IMG/VR virus record: IMGVR_UViG_3300012348_000256
Location: 1-47,190 of that record
DNA length: 47,190 nt
Source: a virus
Lineage: Duplodnaviria > Caudoviricetes
Direction: 5' to 3' (one strand)
Below the pieces are notes generated by a model. That model searched no databases, was not told the DNA's origin, and saw nothing but the letters and a program-made list of their open reading frames with translations. The translations under genes and the position numbers were made by a program. The stretch's first letter is position 1. The number at the start of each line of letters is the position of its first letter. Shown in pieces: positions 9,261 to 17,582 of this stretch.

Positions 9261-9677
9261 TTAGCCGATCCGGATAAGCGCGTTTTCCGCGTTGTCTGGA
9301 GGAAATTGTATTTGGAACTGCTGGCTAAGAACCGTCTGGTCCAAGCCGAAATTCAACACGCCCACAGAGCGATTGCTCTTGGACGAGTTGTAGATGAGCG
9401 CGCCGCGCGTGGTGAAGGTCGCGGCGTTCCACGTTGGGTTGTCAAACGACACGTACGCAATGCCCCCAGTGCGCGTCACAACCACGCCTGTCAGCACCAA
9501 ACCCGTGGCGGTGTACCCAACGCCGGAAGTCTCGCCCACGCTGGTGTATGCCAGCGTAGCAGGGTCCAGCTCTGCAGCAGACGTGTACAAAGCAATCTTC
9601 ATCACGTCCGTGTCGAAGTCGTGTATCCCCAGCAGGAGCTCTTCTTTGAAACTGTTGGTCAATCCGGCGGTGATCAT
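9261..9677 (-). CDS. putative tail structural protein
   Basis: SFKEELLLGIHDF...KIALY...GALIYNSSK; paralog of 8566-9042. Confidence 0.6.
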   Translation of the reverse strand: MITAGLTNSFKEELLLGIHDFDTDVMKIALYTSAAELDPATLAYTSVGETSGVGYTATGLVLTGVVVTRTGGIAYVSFDNPTWNAATFTTRGALIYNSSKSNRSVGVLNFGLDQTVLSQQFQIQFPPDNAENALIRIG

Positions 9678-9680
9678 GCG

Positions 9681-10526
9681 TTACCTCACAGGCAGTTTGA
9701 CTTGGCCGTCTTGGTAGGCATCGCCGCGTTGCTTGCCATCGCCCAAGTTCTTCAACAGGCCAAGCGCCTCTTTGTACTTGCCGTCGTAGAGCGCCATCAT
9801 GTCCTGCTCGCCCTTCATCCAGGTGTATGCCTCAACAAGAGAGCCGTACAAAAGGACGCTATCAAAATTGTCGCCAAGCCAGGAGGTGTTTGCCGTAACA
9901 ATCGACTCAGGATAGTAGTAAAAATGGAGCTCAGCTTTGTAATCGACATCTGGAGTGGGGCCAACAATGAAGGTCAGCTCATTGACGTTGTTGATGTTGG
10001 GCCCAAAGATGGCGTAGTACTTCGGCGTGGCCCGCTGCATGGGATTGGGGTAGGCCTCTCGCATGTAGTTGACATCGCGATTGAGCAAGTAGATGTAGTC
10101 GCCCTGGAACTGCACAGTGCCCGTCACAGTACCTGTGTTGGCCACCGACAACGTGACTGTTGTTCCCACAATCAAGGTCACCATCGCGCCCGTGCCGATG
10201 TTGTTCCCGGAAACATACATGCCTACCGTGATGTTGCTGGCACTGGCCACAACTATGGTGAACAAGCCCGTCGTTCCTGTCGCAGTTGTCGAAGGAGCGG
10301 CGTAGATAGCCAAGGAATATGCTGAGAGAAAATCAAATGGGCACGGAATGTATTTGTTCCCGGCCTGGAGATTTCCCGTCATGTTTCTGCGCAGGTTTGC
10401 AATCTGGACAGAGTTGTAAATGCGCTGTTCGGCCTGGCGCACAAACACCGGTATCTCGGCAATGAAGTCGGTGTCGGTGTTGTTGGTGTATGCCTCAATG
10501 GCATCGCTCAGTTCGGTGTAGTTCAT
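9681..10526 (-). CDS. putative head-tail adaptor/connector protein
   Basis: MNYTEL...FVRQAEQRI...PTPD..Y...LLYGSLVEAY; synteny. Confidence 0.6.
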   Translation of the reverse strand: MNYTELSDAIEAYTNNTDTDFIAEIPVFVRQAEQRIYNSVQIANLRRNMTGNLQAGNKYIPCPFDFLSAYSLAIYAAPSTTATGTTGLFTIVVASASNITVGMYVSGNNIGTGAMVTLIVGTTVTLSVANTGTVTGTVQFQGDYIYLLNRDVNYMREAYPNPMQRATPKYYAIFGPNINNVNELTFIVGPTPDVDYKAELHFYYYPESIVTANTSWLGDNFDSVLLYGSLVEAYTWMKGEQDMMALYDGKYKEALGLLKNLGDGKQRGDAYQDGQVKLPVR

Positions 10527-10855
10527 GTGATGCTCGTTGTGACCGTTCCAAGCATGGCTCCAGCAGTCAGGTGCCGTGCGGGAGGCATCGGTTGCATACC
10601 GATACTAGCAAAAGAAGTGTCCACTGTGAAGCCTACATACACGGTGACGCCCATGCGGGCCTCAGGGCGTGGCTCCAGCAGTGCCTGGGGCTCGTTGATG
10701 TTGCGCTTGGGCTCCAACTGAGGATGCTTTGGCTCGTAGCACTCATCACAGACCTTGAAGCCTGTCCATTCTTTTTTGAGGACGTTGAGCTTGAAGCGCT
10801 GGCCACATTGGTCGCACAGCGCAATTGCATACTTGCCTGCGGCGTACCCAGCCAT
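10523..10855 (-). CDS. Zn-finger-containing virion-module protein
   Basis: CDQCG...CDEC...KHPQL. Confidence 0.6.
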   Translation of the reverse strand: MAGYAAGKYAIALCDQCGQRFKLNVLKKEWTGFKVCDECYEPKHPQLEPKRNINEPQALLEPRPEARMGVTVYVGFTVDTSFASIGMQPMPPARHLTAGAMLGTVTTSIT

Positions 10856-11535
10856 CAGTAATTCCCCATGTAGGTGGGCACAGCAAAGTAGCTGGACCGC
10901 TCACGGTCCTCTGCCGCTGCGCGCGCGAACTCTTCCTCATAGAACTGCTTGAGCATCGGAATGCGATCCGGGGCCTTTTTGATGGCCAGGTAGTACGCCA
11001 AGCCAGCGATCAAGCAGGGCAAGAACCGGAAAGAGATGTCCGCGGTGTTGGTAAACGCCCCAGTTTCCTGGATGCGACGGATACCGTAGTAACGGAAGAT
11101 GTACTGCTGCGTGGCGTCGGGGGCAGGGTACAAGAACAGCTTGGCCGGGACCGTGCGCTGGACATAGTACTGCGCAGGGCGCGACGGGGTGAACTTGTTG
11201 GGCACATGCAGATACTCTGCACTGCCAATACGGTCAATTGTGATGTCCTGTTGGTTGGACGTACCAGCATTGGTACGGATCACAGCCGACAAAGCATCTA
11301 CCGTGTCCGCAGCCAGTGTGTACTCGTGTACGTTGGCCTCAAGAATCACCTCATGCTGCTCAATCGTCCACAGGTTTAGGCCACGGTTGGCCCACTCTGC
11401 AAACATCAAATTGAGTGACCGGCGCGCCGTCCTGGCATCGTAGCCATCCCGAACTTGGAGGCCGCAGCGCTCGTAGGCTTCGAGGATGATCTCGTCGAAG
11501 TCGGGGTTGTAGGAAGAAACGCCGGACGTGGTCAT
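10855..11535 (-). CDS. putative head-tail connector protein
   Basis: EAYERCG...ARRSLN...EWANRGLNLW...LYPAPD...GLAYYL; synteny downstream of the capsid gene. Confidence 0.6.
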   Translation of the reverse strand: MTTSGVSSYNPDFDEIILEAYERCGLQVRDGYDARTARRSLNLMFAEWANRGLNLWTIEQHEVILEANVHEYTLAADTVDALSAVIRTNAGTSNQQDITIDRIGSAEYLHVPNKFTPSRPAQYYVQRTVPAKLFLYPAPDATQQYIFRYYGIRRIQETGAFTNTADISFRFLPCLIAGLAYYLAIKKAPDRIPMLKQFYEEEFARAAAEDRERSSYFAVPTYMGNY

Positions 11536-11538
11536 GGC

Positions 11539-11751
11539 TTAGTAGATTCGAGCGGAACGAGCACGTGCAGCGCCTACGCCGCGAACTTGTACTCGGTCAC
11601 CAGTGACCGATTTCTTGACGGGTTGAGTCAAAACTGTAGCCGTTGGACCTGCTGCATCGGAGCCCGAAGCGCTGATCTGACCGCCTTTGGTTACCCCAGA
11701 CATGGGAACCGACTTGGCTTTTTTTGCTTTCATAGCGTTACCGCCTTTCAT
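11539..11751 (-). CDS. small basic hypothetical protein
   Basis: Fills the operon gap; RGVGAA motif resembles 12660-12845. Start could be 11733. Confidence 0.5.
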   Translation of the reverse strand: MKGGNAMKAKKAKSVPMSGVTKGGQISASGSDAAGPTATVLTQPVKKSVTGDRVQVRGVGAARARSARIY

Positions 11752-11756
11752 GGTTG

Positions 11757-12002
11757 TTACTTGCCAGAGGCGTCATACGCCCGGATGGCATCAATCTTAC
11801 GCTCGATCCTGTCAAAACGATCCAACAATTGCTGCATATCGGCGCGGAATTCTGAGCGGGTGATGTGATCACGTGCCACTTCCTCTCGGGTCTTATTCAG
11901 CAAGATGCTGATTCGACTGAGCTCGGCAAACTTCTCTTTCACGATGAAGCCCAGCAATGCAACGATTGCCGTGAGAACGACGTTCCAGATCATCATTTCC
12001 AT
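11757..12002 (-). CDS. small membrane-anchored coiled-coil protein
   Basis: N-terminal hydrophobic helix followed by a coiled coil. Confidence 0.6.
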   Translation of the reverse strand: MEMMIWNVVLTAIVALLGFIVKEKFAELSRISILLNKTREEVARDHITRSEFRADMQQLLDRFDRIERKIDAIRAYDASGK

Positions 12003-12415
12003 TATCCCAGCTCCGCTTGTTCTTTGTATTTATCCCAGTTTGGGTGATCTACAGAAGCATACAAGTACTGAGCGGCAAATTCCAGCAGCAAAGGGTCATC
12101 TCTAAAATGTCCCAACCCCCGGTTGCAGTGGTTGCACAACATCCCCCGGACAGTGCCGGTAACATGGTCATGATCCACAACTAAGGGTTCCTGGTTCCCG
12201 CAGATCACGCACTCTTTCGTGCTGGTCTTTAACTCAGTCAAGTTAGCGTCTGATATCACACCTCGAAACTTACCTCGGCTAATTGAGCTCCTGTAGGTAG
12301 CTCGGCAAGCCCGACACCAGCTGTCTAGCCCGTTTCGTTTTTTATTGTGTAGGGGAAAGAATTCCGGAGTTCCAGGTTTCTCCCCCTTGCAGTGCGTACA
12401 TGTCAACATTTCCAT
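12002..12415 (-). CDS. endonuclease VII-family (His-Me) endonuclease, probable homing endonuclease
   Basis: CVICG...LVVDHDHVTGTVRGMLCNHCNRGLG; N-terminal Zn finger; lower GC than its neighbours. Confidence 0.85.
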   Translation of the reverse strand: MEMLTCTHCKGEKPGTPEFFPLHNKKRNGLDSWCRACRATYRSSISRGKFRGVISDANLTELKTSTKECVICGNQEPLVVDHDHVTGTVRGMLCNHCNRGLGHFRDDPLLLEFAAQYLYASVDHPNWDKYKEQAELG

Positions 12416-12657
12416 ACACGCCTCGCCTTGTTTAGCCGACTGTCTGGGTCTTTAGCCGCTTCAGGAAACATTTTTGCCTGGCCCGCAGACCTTGCGCAAT
12501 AAGACTTCTTTCGAGCGGCTGCCTCCTTGCTCTTGGGGGCTGGCGCAGGCGGCTTCAGGTTCATGCCCTGAGCCTTTGCGGAGGCCCGGCCCTTGGCGTT
12601 CAATCCGCCTTTAGGGTTCTTGCCTTCCTTGCGTTGCCAAGCAGGAGAAGTCGCCAT
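12403..12657 (-). CDS. small basic conserved phage protein
   Basis: AWQRKEGKNPKGGLNAKGR...RKKSYCAR...W.C. Confidence 0.65.
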   Translation of the reverse strand: MATSPAWQRKEGKNPKGGLNAKGRASAKAQGMNLKPPAPAPKSKEAAARKKSYCARSAGQAKMFPEAAKDPDSRLNKARRVWKC

Positions 12658-12659
12658 GA

Positions 12660-12845
12660 TCAGTACATCTTGCAGGGCTTGTTGCGAGCTTCGCCTACGC
12701 CACGCGGAGACGGAGAAGCATAGGGCTTCTGGTAGTCCTTGCGTGCCGTCTGCTTAGGACCGCCCTTGGACATGTCCTGCTTCTGAGCACCGGGCTGAAC
12801 TTCGCCCTGGTACTGGTCATCTGCCATTTTTGCTGCTCGTCCCAT
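12660..12845 (-). CDS. small basic hypothetical protein
   Basis: 61 aa with SD AAGGAG. Confidence 0.55.
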   Translation of the reverse strand: MGRAAKMADDQYQGEVQPGAQKQDMSKGGPKQTARKDYQKPYASPSPRGVGEARNKPCKMY

Positions 12846-12855
12846 GATGGACTCC

Positions 12856-13146
12856 TTATCCGTAGAAGAAGGTCACCGAAGAGGGACCAGTGATGGTGAT
12901 GTATGGGTCTTCTTTGAACACCACGCCGTCGCCTGGAACCAGGAGATAGGTGGAGCCGTTGCCCGCAGTGCTGGCAGGAGTGGCCAAGAGAATCTTCTCT
13001 TCACCAAGAGCCCCACCATCTTTAAACGAGATGGAGCCTGCTGTGCCTGCCACGTAGTAAATGGATTTGATACGAGCACGAGGTAGGCCGATGCCGGTGG
13101 CACCGGTCGTGGTCATCGTTTTCGACCGTACGTCAAACTGAAACAT
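12856..13146 (-). CDS. putative virion structural protein
   Basis: SD AAGGAG; beta-rich sequence ending VTFFYG. Confidence 0.6.
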   Translation of the reverse strand: MFQFDVRSKTMTTTGATGIGLPRARIKSIYYVAGTAGSISFKDGGALGEEKILLATPASTAGNGSTYLLVPGDGVVFKEDPYITITGPSSVTFFYG

Positions 13147-13160
13147 AATCAATCTCCTTT

Positions 13161-13182
13161 AAAACAGGGGCCGAAGCCCCCG
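13161..13182 (-). terminator. intrinsic terminator/attenuator hairpin (cUUCGg loop)
   Basis: Minus strand GGGG-C-TTCG-G-CCCC-TGTTTT. Confidence 0.6.
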
Positions 13183-13189
13183 AGATTAA

Positions 13190-13708
13190 TTAGGCAGTGC
13201 GTGTGAACACGTATGCAGTGGCGCTGGAGAACATGATGGTGAATCGTGCCAAACCAGTAGCGCCAGAAGCGATAGTTAGGTCGCCAAAGCTGCCTGCAGT
13301 GTCCGCGGCGGCGCTGGACAAGATGCCGTTGGTGGCAACCGCGATGGTCACAGTGTTTGCACCAGCAGTGTTGTCAACATACAGGTCCATCACGGTGCCT
13401 TGAGTTGCACCTAAGGCTGCGCCCAGCAAAGTGCCAGTAGGCAAAGTGATGGTGGTGGCGGCTGCCGAAGTGGAAGTGATGTAGCCGGTGGCAACCTCTG
13501 CAGCAGTCGCTGTAGCAGTTGCGTTGATCGCAGCTTTTGTGGGGTGGTTCTGGTCAGTGAAAACCAGGTTGGTGGTTGTCAGGTCAGTGACACTGGTGGC
13601 TGTGCCAAAAGTAGCGTCAACAGTGACAGCGCCTGTGGTAGGGCTGACGGTGACAGATTGAAAGCCGTTCTGCGAGCGAACTGGGCCATTCAACGTGGTG
13701 CTTGCCAT
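13190..13708 (-). CDS. putative capsid decoration/fibre protein
   Basis: MASTTLNGPVRSQNGF start; Thr/Ala-rich; immediately after the capsid gene. Confidence 0.55.
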   Translation of the reverse strand: MASTTLNGPVRSQNGFQSVTVSPTTGAVTVDATFGTATSVTDLTTTNLVFTDQNHPTKAAINATATATAAEVATGYITSTSAAATTITLPTGTLLGAALGATQGTVMDLYVDNTAGANTVTIAVATNGILSSAAADTAGSFGDLTIASGATGLARFTIMFSSATAYVFTRTA

Positions 13709-13807
13709 GATGATTTCCTCACATGCGATAAGGCGTATCTGTCTGCATGTCGTCAGCCGGGACTGTCAGATACACCGGAAAACCCCGGAATGAGGCCAAT
13801 ATACACC

Positions 13808-13837
13808 AAAAGAAAAGGGCCCACAAGGGGCCCTTTT
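13808..13837 (-). terminator. rho-independent terminator after major capsid gene
   Basis: AAAAGGGCCC-ACAAG-GGGCCCTTTT inverted repeat with T-run on the minus strand. Confidence 0.75.
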
Positions 13838-13853
13838 CATGTTTTCCAACCGC

Positions 13854-14768
13854 TTATGCAGCGCCAGGAGAACCGTAGATACCACGTGGGTCAGACCAGC
13901 CGAAGCTGTAACGCTCACGGGCCTTGTAGCGCACGTTACCGGTGTCGAAGTCGCCTTCGAAAGCGGTCTTGATGGGCGAACGGTTGAACATCTTCAGGCC
14001 GTTAGGCGCGTCGGTGATCAGGAACCATGCATCCACGTCGGTCAGGTAGTGGTTGACAGCGTAACCTTCGGGAATCAAGCCCATGGACTTGATCGCGTTG
14101 ATATCGTTGTCAGCAGTGCCAGTGCGCAAAGTGCTCTTCATCAGGCGCTCTGCAGTGAACTGCAGTTCCTTAGGAACGATCATCTTGCGTGCTGTCAAGG
14201 CAACCTTCAGGCCACGTTCGTCCGTGAACGCCGCGATGTCGATGATGCCTTGCTCGAGGGATGTCTCGTTCAAGTCAGCAGCCACAGTGGGGCGGTTGGC
14301 GAAGTTGGGGCCCAGGGCTGTTGGGTGAGCAGTGGACATCAAAGCCACGCCGTCACCACCAGCGTATTGACCGCCAGTGAAGCCGTTGTTCAACACGGAA
14401 GCAGCTTTAACTTGCTTGGTGTTGGCCATAGAACGAGCCAGAGCCTTGGTGTAACGAGCAGACAGGCGGTCGTAGAGGTTGTCCTCAACGGCTTCTTCTG
14501 TCAGCGCGAACGCCATGGCGATGGTTTCGTGGGTGTAGCGAGCAGTGAACGATTCCAAAGCGGTGTCGTATGCCAGGCCAGCACCTTCGGTTTTCACCGG
14601 AGCAGAGCCGAAGCCAGTCAACATCACCTCTTCTTCGAACGCACGATCAGATGTCTCGGTAGAGAAAATCTCTTCGTGTTCGTTCTCGTAGCGCTTGTAT
14701 TCAATACCAAACAGGGCGTTCAGGCCCGGCTCAAGTTCTTTAACGAGTTGGGAACGGGTAATAGCCAT
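13854..14768 (-). CDS. major capsid protein
   Basis: MAITRSQLVKELEPGLNALFG...SDRAFEEEV...RYKARERYSFGWSDPRG; highly biased codons; followed by a terminator. Confidence 0.9.
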   Translation of the reverse strand: MAITRSQLVKELEPGLNALFGIEYKRYENEHEEIFSTETSDRAFEEEVMLTGFGSAPVKTEGAGLAYDTALESFTARYTHETIAMAFALTEEAVEDNLYDRLSARYTKALARSMANTKQVKAASVLNNGFTGGQYAGGDGVALMSTAHPTALGPNFANRPTVAADLNETSLEQGIIDIAAFTDERGLKVALTARKMIVPKELQFTAERLMKSTLRTGTADNDINAIKSMGLIPEGYAVNHYLTDVDAWFLITDAPNGLKMFNRSPIKTAFEGDFDTGNVRYKARERYSFGWSDPRGIYGSPGAA

Positions 14769-14770
14769 GA

Positions 14771-15358
14771 TTATGCTCCGTCAGCTGCAACACCGACGCT
14801 ACCGTACTGGTGTTGATTGAGTTTAACAACGACCACTGCATAGTTGCCCAACTCATTGTCAGGAACAGCATAGAGGCCAACGATCTTGAAAGTCAGGGCC
14901 TGGGTCTTGGCAATTGTGGACGAGTCCAAAGTGCCATTAGAGATGCCGTTGACTGTGCTACCAGTAGTAGAAGCGGTTGGGTCAGCGTTCTTGCCGATGT
15001 CGGCCTGAACAATGTCCTCATCAGCTTGAACCAGGAACAACTGGGAAGGATCGTCCAAAACTTCGCAATAGATTGCGCCGATTTCGACGTTGATGCTACC
15101 GGGGTAGTAGTTCTTCCAAGTCGGCTTGTTGGCACGAGTTGGGTCGTTGTACTGGCAACCGTTGAACACGCCGGTGGGGGCAGTGTGCGTGGATGCATCG
15201 TACTTGATGATGTAACCATCAAACAGAACGACGAGGTCGCCCTGGAAAATGGCTCCGGCCTGGTTGTCGGCGATCTCGTAACCGTATTGCTTTTGTGCAC
15301 CGGTAGCAGAGAGGTTACCCGACGGACGCAGACCAAAAGGCTTGTTGATGTTTGCCAT
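14771..15358 (-). CDS. putative minor capsid/cement protein
   Basis: MAN..KPFGLRP...IFQGD...GVFNGC; immediately upstream of the capsid gene. Confidence 0.6.
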   Translation of the reverse strand: MANINKPFGLRPSGNLSATGAQKQYGYEIADNQAGAIFQGDLVVLFDGYIIKYDASTHTAPTGVFNGCQYNDPTRANKPTWKNYYPGSINVEIGAIYCEVLDDPSQLFLVQADEDIVQADIGKNADPTASTTGSTVNGISNGTLDSSTIAKTQALTFKIVGLYAVPDNELGNYAVVVVKLNQHQYGSVGVAADGA

Positions 15359-15384
15359 TTGAATCTCCTACAGGATTGAAGTTA

Positions 15385-15864
15385 TCAGCCTTGCGGCTGA
15401 CGGAATGTTGTGCGCGAAGTTCGGTCAGGTGACTGGATTCGCATTGAAGAGTGTGCGTTCTCACGCATCATCTCGTTGTCCACAGCATGCAACTGTTCCT
15501 GTGCCCTCTGGCGGAAGTATGCGTTCCGTTCCTCAACCGTCTCGTCGGGAATCTTGGCAAGCAAGAGTCCACCAACAGAGATCACGCCAGCATGTTTGCC
15601 GTCGTCCATCGTGGGCAATGTTGCGCGGTATTCCTCAGGAATATTTTCGGGGCGAACAAGTTCGTATCCCTCACGCAGCTTGCTGTACACGTTCTGGTTG
15701 TCGAGAGTGCCGTTGATTTCGGAACGAATCCAACGGTACTTAAATCCTTCGGGGGCAGGTGGTGCATCCAAGCGCGAAGGGGGACGCCATGGCTTGCGAC
15801 GAGATTCTTTGTCCCGGCTTTCGGCGGAACGGCTGGCTCGGTCGATAGTTAGTTTTTCGCTCAT
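15385..15864 (-). CDS. conserved head-module protein
   Basis: W.PPSRLDAPPAPEGFKYRWIR...REGYELVR...GGLLLAKIP. Confidence 0.6.
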   Translation of the reverse strand: MSEKLTIDRASRSAESRDKESRRKPWRPPSRLDAPPAPEGFKYRWIRSEINGTLDNQNVYSKLREGYELVRPENIPEEYRATLPTMDDGKHAGVISVGGLLLAKIPDETVEERNAYFRQRAQEQLHAVDNEMMRENAHSSMRIQSPDRTSRTTFRQPQG

Positions 15865-15867
15865 GAC

Positions 15868-16803
15868 TTACTCCTTTACGTACTTGGCATACTCTTCAAG
15901 AGGTACACCCAGCTTCTTTGCAATAGCAACCTGACTCGGCGATAACCGGACAGTTCGGCGCGCACTATTTATTCCGGAACTCCGGGATGCAGGGGCAACA
16001 GCAGGCGCGGAACGCTGTTGTCTGGGGGTTGGGTTAGACGATTGCTCGCCCGCGAACTTCTTCGGAAATTCATCACGAAGACGTCGGTCCAATTCAGTAT
16101 AGTACTCCTCGGATTGAGGGTCAACACCCTCTTTCTCGATGAGTTCTTGGTGGATTCCCCACGCAGCGTAGGTCAGCATACGATCTTGGCCAAACCAAGT
16201 GTTGCGAGCGGCCCAATCTTCAGCTTGTGGATCGGGTGCTGCACGCTGCTGTTGCTGCGGGGCGGGTTGGTACTGCTGCTGCGGCGCAGGATTGCGAACA
16301 GCGTGTTCTTGCTGCTGCAGCCATCCCGAAACTTGGCCTTTTTCCTGAAGCAAAGCTGTCAGGCGTTCTTGCGCTTCCATCTCGGTGTCAAGGTCACCCT
16401 CTTCACGCGCTTTTTGGATGATTTGGCGCAGTTGAACCTGCTGTGTGTCCAGGCGGGACTTGGTCTCGTTCAAGCGGCTGTAATCCGTGTGCACCAGCTT
16501 CTGCTGGAGCTGCTGGGTCTGCGTCTGCAGGCCCTTGGCGTATTCCACGGCAGCTTGCTCGCGGCGCTCGGCCTCGCGCATCTTGGCGGTCAGCTTGGCA
16601 ATGCGTTTTTGCACTGCTTCGTTGACCGAACCCAGCTCATCGGAGTGAGCAGAGTTTTCTTTTTGTTCCGCCGGTTCAACTTCTCGTTGAATCTTGCCGT
16701 CTTCTTGGTTGCCGTCGGCATCGTTCTCGAACGTCACCGTAGCGGCTTTTTCGCCTTCTCCAAGGTCGAATTCCAACTGGTCGTGGTCCATTTCATTTGC
16801 CAT
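15868..16803 (-). CDS. capsid scaffolding protein
   Basis: Acidic N-terminus, long coiled coil (VQKRIAKLT), C-terminal VRLSPSQVAIAKKLGVPLEEYAKY; lies between portal and capsid genes. Confidence 0.75.
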   Translation of the reverse strand: MANEMDHDQLEFDLGEGEKAATVTFENDADGNQEDGKIQREVEPAEQKENSAHSDELGSVNEAVQKRIAKLTAKMREAERREQAAVEYAKGLQTQTQQLQQKLVHTDYSRLNETKSRLDTQQVQLRQIIQKAREEGDLDTEMEAQERLTALLQEKGQVSGWLQQQEHAVRNPAPQQQYQPAPQQQQRAAPDPQAEDWAARNTWFGQDRMLTYAAWGIHQELIEKEGVDPQSEEYYTELDRRLRDEFPKKFAGEQSSNPTPRQQRSAPAVAPASRSSGINSARRTVRLSPSQVAIAKKLGVPLEEYAKYVKE

Positions 16804-16811
16804 AATTTGCC

Positions 16812-17264
16812 TTATAGGTGAACGATATCTTCAGGGTTCTGGATCAAAGCCAGGACTTCGTCATCATTGATGATTCGGATTTCACCTTCGTCGATTGGCA
16901 GGCGTGCACCTGAATATCGACCAAAGATAATCCAGTCACCTTTCTTGCACCACGGGCCGGTTGGGAATTTGACCTCGTCGGCGTAGGCAAGTGGGCCAAC
17001 AGACAGCACATAGCCGCAAACCGTTGCCGACTGCTCACGCTGACGGGTTTGGTCTGACAGTACGATGCCACCTTTGGTTTTTTCTGCCCCTCGGTAGGGC
17101 AGGATGACGATTCGCCAGCCCGTAGGGGCGGGAATACGGTCCATTACCTTCTGTTCGATCTTGTCGACGTGGAGGCTTCCCTCTTTGTCGTAAGCATCGT
17201 CCAGGGAAGGCACGTGAGCAGCAGCATCGTCTGCCCACTTTTTCTCCAGCGCAGTCATTTCCAT
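16812..17264 (-). CDS. groES: co-chaperonin GroES (Cpn10)
   Basis: PTGWRIVILP...EKTKGGIVL...VGP...KKGDWIIFGRYSG...IINDDEVLA. Confidence 0.85.
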   Translation of the reverse strand: MEMTALEKKWADDAAAHVPSLDDAYDKEGSLHVDKIEQKVMDRIPAPTGWRIVILPYRGAEKTKGGIVLSDQTRQREQSATVCGYVLSVGPLAYADEVKFPTGPWCKKGDWIIFGRYSGARLPIDEGEIRIINDDEVLALIQNPEDIVHL

Positions 17265-17274
17265 GAGAACTCCT

Positions 17275-17460
17275 TTATTGGTCTTGGTTTTTGTTGAGAA
17301 GTTCTTGCACTTCCATCTCAACAAACTTGTAGCCCTCAAGGCGTCCCATCAGGAACTTGTACTGCTCCATATCCTTCACGTTGCCGCTCACAAGGATTTC
17401 CTCCGTCTGGCGACGGAGTCCTTTGATAGCGATCAGCGCTCTTTCGGCAAATTCAAGCAT
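17275..17460 (-). CDS. small conserved head-module protein
   Basis: VKDMEQYKFLMGRLEG; between portal and GroES. Confidence 0.6.
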   Translation of the reverse strand: MLEFAERALIAIKGLRRQTEEILVSGNVKDMEQYKFLMGRLEGYKFVEMEVQELLNKNQDQ

Positions 17461-17582
17461 GGATCATTCCAATGAAGCAGACAGATGAGACCCCTGTCCG
17501 TGGGCTTAATGTGCATTATGCACATTCTTGTTACGTAATCAACACCTTCTTGAACGCATCTTTGCGATAAACATACGTTTTC

